A DNA stretch of 64,000 nucleotides from Mobula hypostoma (Eukaryota). The position numbers were made by a program, and so were the translations under genes. Under the pieces are notes generated by a model, which had not been told where the DNA came from, searched no databases, and worked only from the letters and a program-made list of their open reading frames with translations. Shown one piece after another: positions 12,001-24,469 of this stretch (the first letter of the stretch is position 1; each line of letters starts with the position of its first letter). The DNA lies in assembly GCF_963921235.1 (NCBI RefSeq), contig NC_086101.1, positions 30,132,001 through 30,196,000 on the forward strand. Reading direction: 5' to 3'.

Positions 12001-14240
12001 CTGGATTGGATGTTGTGTAATGAACCAGATTTGATTAGGAAGCTTAAGTTAAAGTTACCCTTTGGAGCCAGTGATCATAATATGATAGAACCCACCCAGC
12101 AATTTGAAAGAGAGAAGCAAAAGTCAAATGTATTTGTATTACAGTGCAGTAAAGGGAATTACAGAGGTATAAGAGAGAAGACGGTTAAAGTTGATCGGAA
12201 GAGTGCACTATCAGAGTGAGAGCAGAGCAGCAATGGCTGGACTTTCTGGGTGCAATTCACAGGATGGGTATTTCCCAAAGAAGAAGTATTCTAAATGCAG
12301 GATGATGCAACCGCGACTGATAAGGGAAGTCAAAACTAACGTATAAAGAAAAGAGAAAGCACATCACGGAGCAAAAATTTGTGGGATGTTAGAGGACTGG
12401 GAAAATTTTGAAAACCAAAAGAAAGCAACTGAAAAAACCATAGGAGGGAAAAGATGAAATCTAAAGTTAAGTGAGCATATAATATCAAAGAGGTTAACAA
12501 ACATTTTTCAAATATATAAAGAGTAAAAGAGAGCGGAGAGTGGATACCATACTGCTGGAAAATGACACTGTAAAGTTTGCAAAGGGGCAAGGAAATGACG
12601 GATGAATGGATTACATATTTTGTATCATTCTTCGCTGGAAGACACTAGCATTGTGCCTTAAGTTTGATAGTGGCATGGGGCAGAAGTGCATGCAACTTAC
12701 CAAAAAGAAGGTGCTTGGGACGCTGAAAGGTCTGAAGGTAAGATAAGCCACTTGGACCAGATGGACTACACCTTAGGGTACTGAAAGAGGTGCCTGAAGA
12801 GATTGTGGATGCATTAGCAATGGTTTTTCAAGAATCACTGCAAGGTTTCAGAGGACTGGAATATTACAAATATCCCTACACTATTTTAAAAAAAACAAAG
12901 GAGTCAGAAGAAAGGAAATTTTAAGCCAGTTATCCTAACCTCAGTGGTTGGGAAGATGTTGGAGTCCATTTTTATGGAGGGTGTTTCAGGGAATGTGTAC
13001 TTGATCCAAGTGGAACTTGCAGGCACATGATAAAATAGGCCAAGGGCAGCATGGGAAATCTTTGCCTGACAAGCTTTGCAATTCTTTGAGGAAATAACAA
13101 GCAGAATATTCAAAGGAGAATCAGACGATGTTGCGTACTTAGATTTTCATAAGATTGTTGACTAGGCACTGTACGTTAGGCTGCTTAACAAGTTAAGAGC
13201 CCATGGTATTACAGGACAGATATTAGTGTGAATAGAACATTGGCTGATTGGCAGGAGGTAAAGTGTGGGTATAAAGTGAGCCTTTCCTGATTGATTGCTG
13301 GTTACTATCGTTGTTCTGCAGGGGTCAGTGTTGGGACTGCTTCTTTTTACATTACAGGTCTATGATTTGAATGATGGAGTTGATGACTTTGTAGCTAAGT
13401 TTGTGGATGATACAAATATAGGCGACTGGACAGGTCGTGTTGAAGAAGGGAGGCTGCACAGAACTTGGACGTATAAGGAGAATGGGCAAAAAAACGTGGC
13501 AAATGGAATATAATATCACAAAGTATATGGTCCCGGACTTTGCTAGAAGGAATGCAAGTGTAGACTATTTTCTAAATGGGGAGGAAATTCAAGAATCTGA
13601 GGTGCAAAGTGACTTGGGAGTCCTTGTGCAGGATTCCCTAAAGTGTGACTTCCAGTTCAAATATAAAAGCAAAGGTGTAATGCTGATGCTTTATAAGGCA
13701 CTGACGAGGCCTCATTTGGAGCATTGTGACCAGTTTTGTGCCCCTTATCTAAGAAAACATGCTGATATTGGAGAGGTTTCAAAGGAGGTTCATGAAAATT
13801 ATTCTGGGAATGAAAAGCTCATCATATGAGGAGCTTTTGATGGCTGTGGGCCTGTACTTGCTGGAAATTAGTAGATTAACGACAAATTTCATTGAAACCT
13901 ATTGAATGTTGAAATGCCTTAGTAGAGTGGATGTTTTCTGTAGGGAGGGAGTCTGGACCTGAGGTCAGAACCATGGAATAGAGGGACGTAATTTTAGAAT
14001 GCAGATGGAGAATGGAGATTTCTTTAGCCAGAGGGTGTGAAATCTGTGGAATTTGTTGTCAGAGGCAACCATGGAGGCTGGGTCATTGGGTATGTTTAAG
14101 ACAGAGGTTGATAGATTCTTTATAAGTCAGGGTGTGGAAGGTTACAGGGAGAAGTCAGTAGAATGGGGTTGTGCAGGAAATGGATCAGCAATGATCAAAT
14201 GGAAGAGCAGCTAACAGGCCAAATGGCTTAATTCTGTTCC
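9030..14240 (+). mobile_element. Near full-length decayed CR1 LINE (ORF1 SGNH, APE, RT), interrupted by hAT
   Basis: LKVLYLNAHSIWIK|VDDLVAQLE endonuclease split by the hAT insertion; QGSVLGLLLF and AKFVDDTNIG RT motifs; CR1 3' end near 14240. Confidence 0.8.
10268..11509 (-). mobile_element. Non-autonomous hAT (Charlie/Buster-like) DNA transposon
   Basis: 8-bp TSD gattaagg (10260-10267, 11510-11517); TIRs cagggatccccaa / cagcggtccccaa; hAT dimerisation remnant LLPFPTIFCEAVFSAMNATKTKLRNRLD. Carries a CR1 3' end at about 10700-10922. Confidence 0.9.
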
Positions 14241-14263
14241 TATGTCTTATGGTCTTCTGGACA

Positions 14264-14646
14264 TGTTGATTAAATACTAAGAACCTTAGCAGCTGTGTTC
14301 CTGGGGGGCGGGGGGGGGGTGTTTGACAGCCTGCCTCTGCTTTTCCAATAACCAGCACAGTTTATTATTCTTGTGTTAAAATGATTTTGTGGAATTATAG
14401 TGGGAAGTTCCAGTTCATTTATTGTTGCATTTTATCTTGGGTTGTATATTTGCTTGTGTATTTGTGGGTCACCTTAACTATAACTGTAGTGTGTGATGGT
14501 CATTCTCCCCCATCTGTGTGAGACAGAGCTGTTCTGTCTTTGGGTTATGGTGCTTGGTCTGTTTTTGTGTTTATCACTATAAAATGGTTGTAGAGTTTAA
14601 CGAGCTTCCTCATCTGTCATTATGGACCAATGCTCGCAACACAACA
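14264..14646. mobile_element. Possible solo LTR
   Basis: TGTTG...CAACA terminal inverted ends, 383 bp; no TSD found. Confidence 0.35.
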
Positions 14647-14699
14647 TTAATATACAGAAAGATCTTGAATTGCAAGGCCTTTGCTCTCTGATAATGGAA

Positions 14700-17600
14700 A
14701 CGTCAGTGGAGAGGTTAGTGAAATGTTATGTGGTACCCTTACATTCATAGTCTGAGATATTGAATAAAGGTTCTGGGATTTCTTGATGCAGCGGCACAAA
14801 ACATTGATTAGGACATACTTCCTTTTTTAGGCTTTTTTGAGGTACTAGACAGGGCTGTCCTTTAAGCCCTTTACTATTTGATATTGCCTTGGAGCCCTTG
14901 GCAATCGCTCTTCGTGATTCACCCGATATATTTGGCATTATTCGTGGGATTGAGACGCATAAGGTATCATTATTTGCAGATGACCTGTTACTATGTATCT
15001 CTAATCCAGAGAAATCCATCCCTGCTGTAATATTACTACTCACTCAGTTTAGTAGTTTTTCTGGTTATAAATTGAATCTCAATAAGAGTGAACTTTCCAT
15101 TAAATATGCAAGTTCCAATCTATAGACAATTACCATTTAGACTGGTTACCGATTATTTTACTTATTTGGGTGTTAAAATTACTAAGAAGCATAAGGATCA
15201 ATTTAAAGTTAACTTTTTACCCTTGATTGATCATGTTAAACAACTGCTTACTAAATGGTCCCCATTGTCCCTATCATTGATTGGTTGAATAATTGCAATT
15301 AAGATGATTATTTTACCTAAATTTCTGTATCTATTTCAGATAGTACCAATCTTCATCTCTAAATCCTTTTTTGATATTATTGATTCTAAAATTTCTTCAT
15401 ATATATGGCAGAATGAAAATCCTAGATTAAGTAAGAAATATTTACAGAATATTGCCAAACTTTGGATTCTATTATTGGGCAATTAATATTTGATATCTAA
15501 TGTTCCGGACACAAGATCTGGATGAAATTCAATGTCCACGATGGGTGAACCTTGAGCGTGAGCCTCTGCAGGGGTTCTCATAGGCTTCTATTTCAGGGGC
15601 TTCGCTTCCCTTTGCGTTTACTAAATTGAATAAACAAACAATCCAATAATTAAACATATAATATGAATATGGTTTCAATTTCATAAATTTTTTGGATTGA
15701 ATAAATTTATTTCATCAAGCCTTATTATATCCAATTTTTTCTTCCAACCATCCAGAACTGATCAAGCTTTTCTTTTATGGAAAACAAAAGGAATAATATG
15801 TTTTCATGATTTATTCATGGATAATTATCTCATGTCCTTTGAACAGTTGTCTAATAAATATAATTTGCATTTATCACACTTTTTCAGTTATTTACAGATT
15901 AGAAACTTTTTGAAGGTTATTTTACCTAGTTTTCCGATATCACATCAAACTGAAATTACAGAAAATTTTTTAGGTTTAAACCCCTATCAGAAGAGTTTAA
16001 TAGCAATTGTTTATGATTTAATTACAAAAATACATTTAGGTATGTCTGACAAACTTAAGGAAGAATGGGAAAGAGAACTTTAGGTACCTTTACACACAGA
16101 AAAATCAGAGAAAATTCTCCAACTAGTCAACACTTCTTCAATGTGTTCTAGACATGCTTTGATACAATTTAAGGTGGTTCATAGTGCTCATATGTCTAAG
16201 GATAAGTTAGCTCATTTTTATGGTCATATAAATCCTGTCTGTGACAGATGAAGTTCTGAGGTAGCTTCCTTGACACATATGTTCCAGTCTTGCCCTCTTT
16301 TGAAAAAATATTGGAAAGAAACTTTTGATATTATGTCAGTAGTTTTGCATATTGATTTACAACCTTATCCTATTATTGCATTTTTTGGATTAACAATAAC
16401 AGACTTTAGTCATTTATCCCCTTCAGCTTGTTGTTTGATTGCATTTCTTTCTTTAATAGCCAGAAAATCCATTTTATTTATACCATATAACAATTACAGC
16501 ATGGAAACAGGCCATCTCGGCCCTTCTAGTCCGTGCCGAACTCTTACTCTCACCTAGCCCCACCGACCTGCACTCAGACCATAACCCTCCATTCCTTTCC
16601 TGTCCATATATCTATCCAATTTAACTTTAAACGACAACATTGAACCTGCCTCAACCACTTCTGCTGGAAGCTCATTCCACACAGCTACCACTCTCTGAGT
16701 AAAGAAGTTCCTCCTCATGTTACCCCTAAATTTTTGCCCTTTAACTCTCAACTCATGTCCTCTTGTTTGAATCTCCCCCACTCTCAATGGAAAAAGCCTA
16801 TCCACGTCAACTCTATCAATCCCCCTCATAATTTTAAACACCTCTATCAAGTCCACCCTCAACCTTCTATGCTCCAAAGAAAAAAGACCTAACTTGTTCA
16901 ACATTTCTCTGTAACTTAGGAGATGAAACCCAGGCAACATTTTAGTATACCTCCTCTGTACTCTCTCAATTTTATTGACATCTTTCTATTAATTTGGTGA
17001 ACAGAACTGCACACCATACTCCAGATTTGGCCTTACCAATGCCTTATACAATTCCAACATTACATCCCAACTCCTATACTCAATGCTCTGATTTATAAAA
17101 GCCAGCATACCAAAAGCTTTCTTCACCACCCTGTCCACATGAGATTCCACCTTCAGGAAACTATGCACCATTATTCCTAGGTCCCTCTGTTCTACTGCAT
17201 TCTTCAATGCCCTGCTATTTACCATATATGTCCTATTTTCAAAATATGTCCTATTTTGATTAGTCCTACCAAAACATAGCACCTCACATTTTTCAGCATT
17301 AAACTCCATCTGCCATCTTTCAGCCCACTCTTCTAACTGGCCTAAATCTCTGTGCAGGCTTTGAAAATCTACTTCATTATCCACAACACCACCTATCTTA
17401 ATATCATCTGCATACTTATTAATCAAATTTACCACCCCATCATCCAGATCATTAATATATATGACAAACAACATTGGACCCAGTACAGATCCCTGAGGCA
17501 CACCACTACACACCATCCTCCAATCTGACACACAGTTATCTACCACTACTCTCCGGCATATCCTATCTAGCCACTGTTGAATCCATTTTACTACTTCGAT

Positions 17601-19280
17601 ATTAATGCCTAACGATTGAACTTTCCTAACCAACCTTCCCTGTGGAACCTTGTCAAAGGCCTTACTGAAGTCCATATAGACAACATCCACCACTTTACCC
17701 TCGTCAACTTTCTTAGTAACCTCATCAAAAAATTCATAAGATTTGTCAAACATAACTTTCCACGCACAAATTCATGTTGACTGTTCCTAATCAGACCCTG
17801 TCTATCCAGATAATTATATTTACTATCTCTAAGAATACTTTCCATCAATTTACCCACCACTGACATCAAACTCTCAGGCCGATAATTGCTGGGTTTACTC
17901 TTAGAACCCTTTTTATACAATGGAACCACTTGAGCAATACACCAATCCTCCGGCACCATCCCTGTTTCTAATGACATTTGAAATATTTCTGTCAGAGCCC
18001 CTGCTATTTCCACACTAACTTCCCTCAAGGTCCTAGGGAATATCTTGTCCGGACCCAGAGACGTATCCACTTTTATATTCCTTAAATGCGCCAGTACTTC
18101 CTCTTCTTTAATCGTCATACTTTCCATAACAACCCTTCTTGTTTCCTTTACTTTACACAATTCAATATCCTTCTCCTTAGTGAATACCAAAGAAAAGAAA
18201 TTGTTCAGAATCTCCCCCATCTCTTTTGGCTCCACACATAGCTGTCCACTCTGATTCTCTAAGGGACCAATTTTATCCCTCACTATCCTTTTGCTATTAC
18301 CATAACTGTAGAAACCCTTTGGATTTATTTTCACCTTACTTGCCAAAGCAGCCTCTTATCTGCTTTTAGCTTTTCTACTTTCGTTCTTAAGATTCTTTTT
18401 ACATTCTTATATTCCTCGAGCACCTCTAACTACAAGCTGCCTATACTTATTGAAGATCCCTGTCTTTTTTCGAACCAAGTTTCCAATATCCCTTGAAAAC
18501 CATGGCTCTCTCAAATTTTTAACCTCTCCTTTCAACCTAACAGGAACATAAAGATCCTGTACCCTCAAAATTTCACCTTTAAATGACCTTCATTTCTCTA
18601 TTACATCCATCCCATAAAACAAATTGTCCCAATATACTCCTTCTAAATCCTTTTGCATCTCCTCAAAGTTAGCCTTTCTCCAATCAAGAATCTCAACACT
18701 AGGTCCAGTCCTATCCTTCTCCATAATTATATTGAAACTAATGGTATTGTGATCACTGGACCCGAAGTGCTCCCCACCACGTACCTTTCCATTTAAATGG
18801 AAAGATTCCAATCCCACTACAACATTTCAATGGTTTTCCCAAACTATAACATGTTTAAATTTGGAAAAAAAAAATTGGGTGTGGTACCATTGATCCTTGG
18901 GCTAAATTTGAAGAAACTTGGAGGCCATTTATTCAATATTTTCATATGATGTAAGTTGACCCTTTCAGAATCCTTTTTAATAACTTTTTGTTTGTGTACA
19001 GAGGAGCGGAGTTAATGACAAATAATGATCTTAACTGATGAAATGTGGCAGCCCAGACTTTGTTTCGTTTTGTCTTTTTTTTAGTGTAAGGTGTAAATTT
19101 TTTTTCATTCTTTTTCATGTTCAGCTAGTAAGAGATTGGGAGGTTTAAATTAAATATGTTACTCTGAGTCTGTGCCTGTATACGTTAGCTGTTATTAATG
19201 TAATCCTGATCTGTTTGTATCATGATCATTGTTATGTTTATCAATTTGAAGCTCATTAAAAAAGATTGAAAAAGAAAGGA
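14700..19280 (+). mobile_element. L1-clade LINE ORF2 3' half, split by a CR1 insertion
   Basis: GTRQGCPLSPLLF, KVSLFADDLLL, FSGYKLNLNKS, HMFQSCP. Resumes after about 18790 with FKWKDSNP...W..F and a 3' UTR. Confidence 0.85.
16478..18790 (-). mobile_element. CR1 LINE ORF2 (5'-truncated) inserted in L1
   Basis: YMDFSKAFDKVP, GVPQGSVLGPMLF, KYADDIKIGG; 3' end at about 16478. Confidence 0.9.
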
Positions 19281-19354
19281 AGGACACAGTTGTACTGTAT
19301 AGAGTAATGCTGCAGGAAAGATATGTTGGCATTAAAAAGAATGAAGAAGAGATA

Positions 19355-19560
19355 CATCAACACACACAAAATTCTGGAGGAACTCAGAATGCCAGGCAGC
19401 ATCTGTGAGGAAAAATGTACAGTCGACATTGTGGGACTGCCGAAGAGTTTCGGCCGGAAATATTGACTGTCCTTTTTGCCATAGATGCTGCCTGGCCTGC
19501 TGAGTTCCTCCAACATTTTGAGTGTGTTGCTCAGATTTCCAGCATCTGCAGATTTTTCTT
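19355..19560. mobile_element. Short inverted (hairpin) Penelope pLTR derivative
   Basis: Left arm caacacacacaaaattctggaggaactcag... is inverted relative to right arm ...ctgagttcctccaacattttgagtgtgttg; approximate TSD aagagat. Confidence 0.65.
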
Positions 19561-19997
19561 ATAAGAGATCCAGCAGGCTGCTTTCTGTAGTGCCATTCTG
19601 TATGCAAAACTTGCATAGGCTTTGTCTATTCCCAATGGAACATAGAACATAGGAACATAGTTATAAAAGGTGATGAACTGCCAAGGGGCTCAGGTGTTTT
19701 AGGACATTTTTTTCCAAGTGCAAGGGAACCGGAGATTCAAGGACAGTGAAGAGAAATATAAAAGAGATCTGAATATTATCAGATCTGACTGTTGTCTTTA
19801 TCTCAAATGAGCTGCCAAATGAAGTGGCAGAGGCAGATACAATTCAACACTTTAAAGTCATTTGTGCAAGGATTAAATAGGAAAGGTGTAGAGGGAAATA
19901 GGATACAATGTGGGCAAATGGCATCGCAGTTGGAATGGATGAGCTATGCTGAAGGGGTCAACTTCGGTCTCATATGAAGCTGAATCTCAAGATTGTT

Positions 19998-20135
19998 TCT
20001 AAAAGCACAAACACAAGGAAGTCTGCAGATGCTGGAAATTCAAGCAACACACACAAAATGCTGGTGGAGCTCAGCAGGTCAGGCAGCATCTATAGGAAGA
20101 GGTACAGTCGACGTTTTGTGCCGAGACTCTTTGTC
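19998..20135 (-). mobile_element. Penelope pLTR end, truncated within the hammerhead
   Basis: gtctgcagatgctggaaattcaagcaacacac...agtcgacgtttt. Confidence 0.7.
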
Positions 20136-20289
20136 CTGTGTGTGGTGCTTAAGATTGTTTCTGTTGTTCTCTCTTGATTATTTCAAATTCACTCGAAGCA
20201 CTGATACTGGTTACCATACAGTACACTGTGGAAAAGTACTTGCTAAACAAAAGGCAGTTGTGTGATCCTTGTAACATTCAAACAATCTG

Positions 20290-20520
20290 CTTATTTTATT
20301 GAGCTGTACTGTGTGGAGTAGGTCCTTCTGGCACTTTGAGCCAATCACTCCTTAACTATGATTAACCCTAACTTAATCTCAGGACAATTTACAATGAGCA
20401 AGTAACCTACCCAGTACATCTTTGAACTATGGGAGGAAACCCAAAGGCCCAGAGAAAACCAATGTGTTCCACGAGGAAAATGTACAGAGTCTCCTTATGG
20501 AACAGTGCCGAAAATGAAGT
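20290..20520 (-). mobile_element. V-SINE (HE1-like)
   Basis: Reverse complement of the V-domain (gggaggaaacc...) with a CR1-like tail. Confidence 0.65.
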
Positions 20521-22817
20521 CCAAGGTCCAGAATGCAAAAATTTGTTCCTATCTTTTATCTTGTCATCTTGTTTGTTAGGTTGACACTACAATTACAAGG
20601 CACTATGAGAAACTGTCAGATTAATGGGCAATGTAAAGTTACACTTGTTCGAAAGCTTGATAAAAACCAAGTTAGTCAATTCCTTTGTGTGAAACTTATA
20701 TTTATGTACTGTATTTTCAAGGACTATTGTGAGAGTACATAGTTGAAGTATCTGTCTTGCAAAACCTCAGTGCAAATAACAATTGTGTTAACTGGGGCCT
20801 CTCAAAGAAATGAGACAGGAACTGCCTGACAAAAGACAATGCAGTGAGCTCTCAGAAGGTCATCGGAAGTTCATTAGTGAGAACAACAGATGGCTAGGGT
20901 AACTATATTTAGCTTATGTAATACCTGACCTCAGCATTTGAGCAAACAGAGAGGGAAGTATGCTTTAAAAATGGAGAAATGGCTACAGGGTACTGCTAGT
21001 AAATGTGAAGGAGACAGACAGACAACTAGAGAGGCGAGACAGACCACCACCTACATAGCACTGTTAAGTCCTTTTTTTATTTTAATTGTGTATTCTTGTA
21101 AAAATAATGTGTTGTTAATTTTTAACTTTTTCTTGTAAATGCTGCATATTCAATGCTATGTTTATGATGCAAGTTTTTATAGCACCTCCTTACATGTACT
21201 TATGCACATTCAAAGTTAAATTTATTATTAGAGTACATGCATGTTACCACATACAACCCTGACATTCCATTTTTGTGGGTATACTTAGCAAATCTATAAA
21301 ACAGTAACTGTAAACAAACTGCAAATGCAGATACTGTTTAAATAGTAGATGATAATAAACTTGAATTTGACTTGACATTGGGAAACAGGGGGGGAACCTA
21401 GAAGCAGGAATTGTCAGAGCTGAATCTCTGGTAGATACTGTAATGAAAGAAAATCTCTGACAGAATTATGGATTCAAAGTAACTTTCCAACAGTCCTCCT
21501 ATATCTCTTGATACCAGCATTGTTTAAGCTCTATCATCATTGTCAAAGGAACTGTAGTCACTGATAATAAAATAACGGGGTCCAGACCACATACTCTCAG
21601 GACTCAAGCAGTCCATTTATTTTGCATGCGCCCAAGGAAAACAGCATGGGCCACTGTCACCCACTTGTTATGAAGTATGAACCGAAAACTGCTATTTCAG
21701 TAACGAATTGGCATATCAGTTATGGATATTGATTATTAACCATACATGTTTGAATTCCTTACTTCCAAGATAAAACGCCATTCACAATAGAGATGTTGGA
21801 TTCAATGGAAACTTCAGGCAAACAGCAATGTTATTTAAAGTTTAGTAAGGACAATAGAGCCTTTGTTGAGTATATTTCACAGTCTTTTGTTATCTCATTG
21901 TACTTTGGCACTTGCTATTGTGTAAAGGGACACCTTTTTAGGTTGACATTTCTGGAAGTCTCACTACAGATGCCTCATTCATTTGTCTTGAGTACACATT
22001 GCCACAGTTACCCAAGCCTATCTTATCTATAGCAAGCAGAGGTGATTCCAGCAATCCCACTTCAATGAGCTTGCTTGATTACAACTTCCTCATGATGTCC
22101 TTGCCTTACTGCAGCTTCCAAATAACCATATATATTATCTATTTCATGACTTCCCTCCAGAGCTCTGAGGTAAGGAGATTCAACATTCAATTTGAACTGT
22201 TATTGCTTGAATGAAATCACCGGAGAGAGAGTTACTGGTAGATACAAAGCAGATTCTGTATTCGACAAAATAAGGTTCAGCAGGCATCATACGGATGGAG
22301 ACACGTTTGGTGGAAAGCTCTGCTGCCAACATGGGGTTCGGTTATTTATTTGCTGCACACACAAAGGACAATCTATATTTACAAAGTATAGATAATGCTT
22401 TCTTTTGAAGCTACATACAAACTTCACACCTCCCGATTACATCCATCCCATCACAGCCAGCAGCATCAGGACTGTTATTCAGGAATGCATTGTTCCAAAC
22501 TGAATCCACAATACATTTATTTGGTATTTTACATGCTTAAAATGAAGGACAATCCATATTTACAATATATAGAATATGTTGTCTTTGAAACTGCATGCAA
22601 ACCTCACACCTTCTTACCAGCAGCATCTGGACTGGTATTCTGGTATTCACAGTTTTTAGAAAATGCATTGTAACAAATGGATTGGGATTCTGATATTCAC
22701 AGCTTTTAGGAAATGCATTGTCAAGGATCAGAAGACTGGTGGCTGAAGCTATTTACAAAGTGTTAATGACCTAAACACAAAAATTACTTTAACAGTCCTC
22801 CTGAAGAAATAGGGCAG

Positions 22818-22991
22818 GTTGAATATATTTTCACAGATAAAACTGGAACCTTGACGGAGAATAACATGCAGTTTATCGAGTGCTGTATTGATGGCCACGT
22901 GCACGTGTCTCAGTCTCTGTCCAATGGCCAGAGCTTCTACAGCGACGCAGCAATTGATTTTATTGATGCACCTGTTGCATTAGTGGATCAG
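22818..22991 (+). pseudogene. ATP11A: Isolated ATP11A-like P4-ATPase exon (phosphorylation domain, DKTGT)
   Basis: Stop-free 174 nt: [58 protein letters not shown]. Preceded in frame by EEIGQ, flanked by cag| and |gtaaga. DKTGT at 22836-22850. The paralog call (11A versus 11B/11C) is from recalled sequence. No other clear ATP11 exons were seen. Confidence 0.75.
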
Positions 22992-23097
22992 GTAAGAAAC
23001 TGACCCAAGGAAAACACTGAGCTATTGAATTGCAATTTCTCTGGAATATCATTGAACTGCAGAAAACCAAAAGCAAAATGTTGCTTTTGATTCTTTA

Positions 23098-23650
23098 TCT
23101 TCAGCATTGTGTGCAGTTTTGGTCCCCTAATCTGAGGAAAGACATTCTTGCCATAGAGGGAGTACAAAGAAGGTTCACCAGATTGATTCCTGGGATGGCA
23201 GGACTTTCATATGAAGAAAGACTTGATCGACTAGGCTTATACTCGCTGGAATTTAGAAGATTGAGGGGGGATCTTATTGAAACGTATAACATTCTAAAGG
23301 GATTGGACAGGCTAGATGCGGGAAGATTGTTCCCGAAGCTGGGGAAGTCCAGAACGAGGGGTCACAGTTTGAGGATAAAGGGGAAGCCTTTTAGGACCGA
23401 GATGAGGGAAAAAACTTCTTCACACAGAGAGTGGTGAATCTGTGGAATTCTCTGCCACAAGAAACAGTTGAGGCCAGTTCATTAGCTATATTTAGGAGGG
23501 AGTTAGATATGGCCCTTGTGGCTAAAGGGATCAGGGGTTATGGAGAGAACGCAGGTACAGGGTTCTGAGTTGGATGATCAGCCATGATCATAGTGAATGG
23601 CGGTGCAGGCTTGAAGGGCTGAATGGCCTACTCCTGCACCTATTTTCTGT
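23098..23650 (+). mobile_element. CR1 LINE 3' fragment
   Basis: HCVQFWSPNLRKDILAIEGVQRRFTRLIPGM...RTRGHSLRI, followed by the 3' UTR. Confidence 0.9.
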
Positions 23651-24469
23651 TTCCTCTTGGACCTCCTGGACAAAAATAAATTTGTACCAGGAAAGGCCAA
23701 CCTAGGAGGATCTACTCAAATAGGGCAGCAAAAACGCTCTGCCTTGAAAATTCCCGCAATGTTTTTGTGTTCCTCAATATCTACCCTAGCATTCCCTAAT
23801 CGTTACCTACCGAATATTAAGCAGAGAGGCTGTTCCAGAAATTTGTCGGCACTTTCCCTGCAGACTGATTCCAGCTTAATCACATTCCTTTGTCTTTACC
23901 CCTTCATTCTCTGGTCACTGAAACTCTCCTTCCAGGAGCACCCACAGGTCCTCTCATTAATGTATGGGAAGGGGTTGGGGTGGCCTCTATGTAAGTGTCT
24001 GCAAGGACCTGTGCCCGGTGGCACCCCCTTCTGAACTGTCCGGTTGATCACTGGCCCAACTGCTGAAAGGGCCCAGCTCCTCAGACTGGGGGTGACTGCT
24101 TTCGGATGCCATGTGCCATATGCCATCAAAGTTGTGGAACTTTCTGCCTCTGCTTTAACTTAATATCCCTCCCCATCTATTTTCTAATATTTTTCTATTC
24201 TATGCCATTAAACTAATCATCTACCTTCAGTAACCAGCCTTCTTTACAGAATGCCACCATCATCACACTTTAGCAGGTTATTCATGGTTTTCCATCATGC
24301 TCTTGGCGTTTTCTGCCTTTGTGTTTCCTCCAGGTATGTTTTCTTCAGCTGTGGTCAGGTCTGGCATGGCCGGCTGGTGTTCCTCTCTTAGGCTTTCTGC
24401 AATTACATGTTTATTGGGTACACTTGATCCCCCGCTCTGTCTGTAGGAGCAACAGGAGGGTGAGTTGTA

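Noticed and set aside
21999-22395. Faint resemblance of ILSIASRGD and (Y)TGMET/VEKS-like words to upstream ATP11A segments
   Set aside because: It needs several ad hoc indels and the spacing is inconsistent; probably over-fitting.
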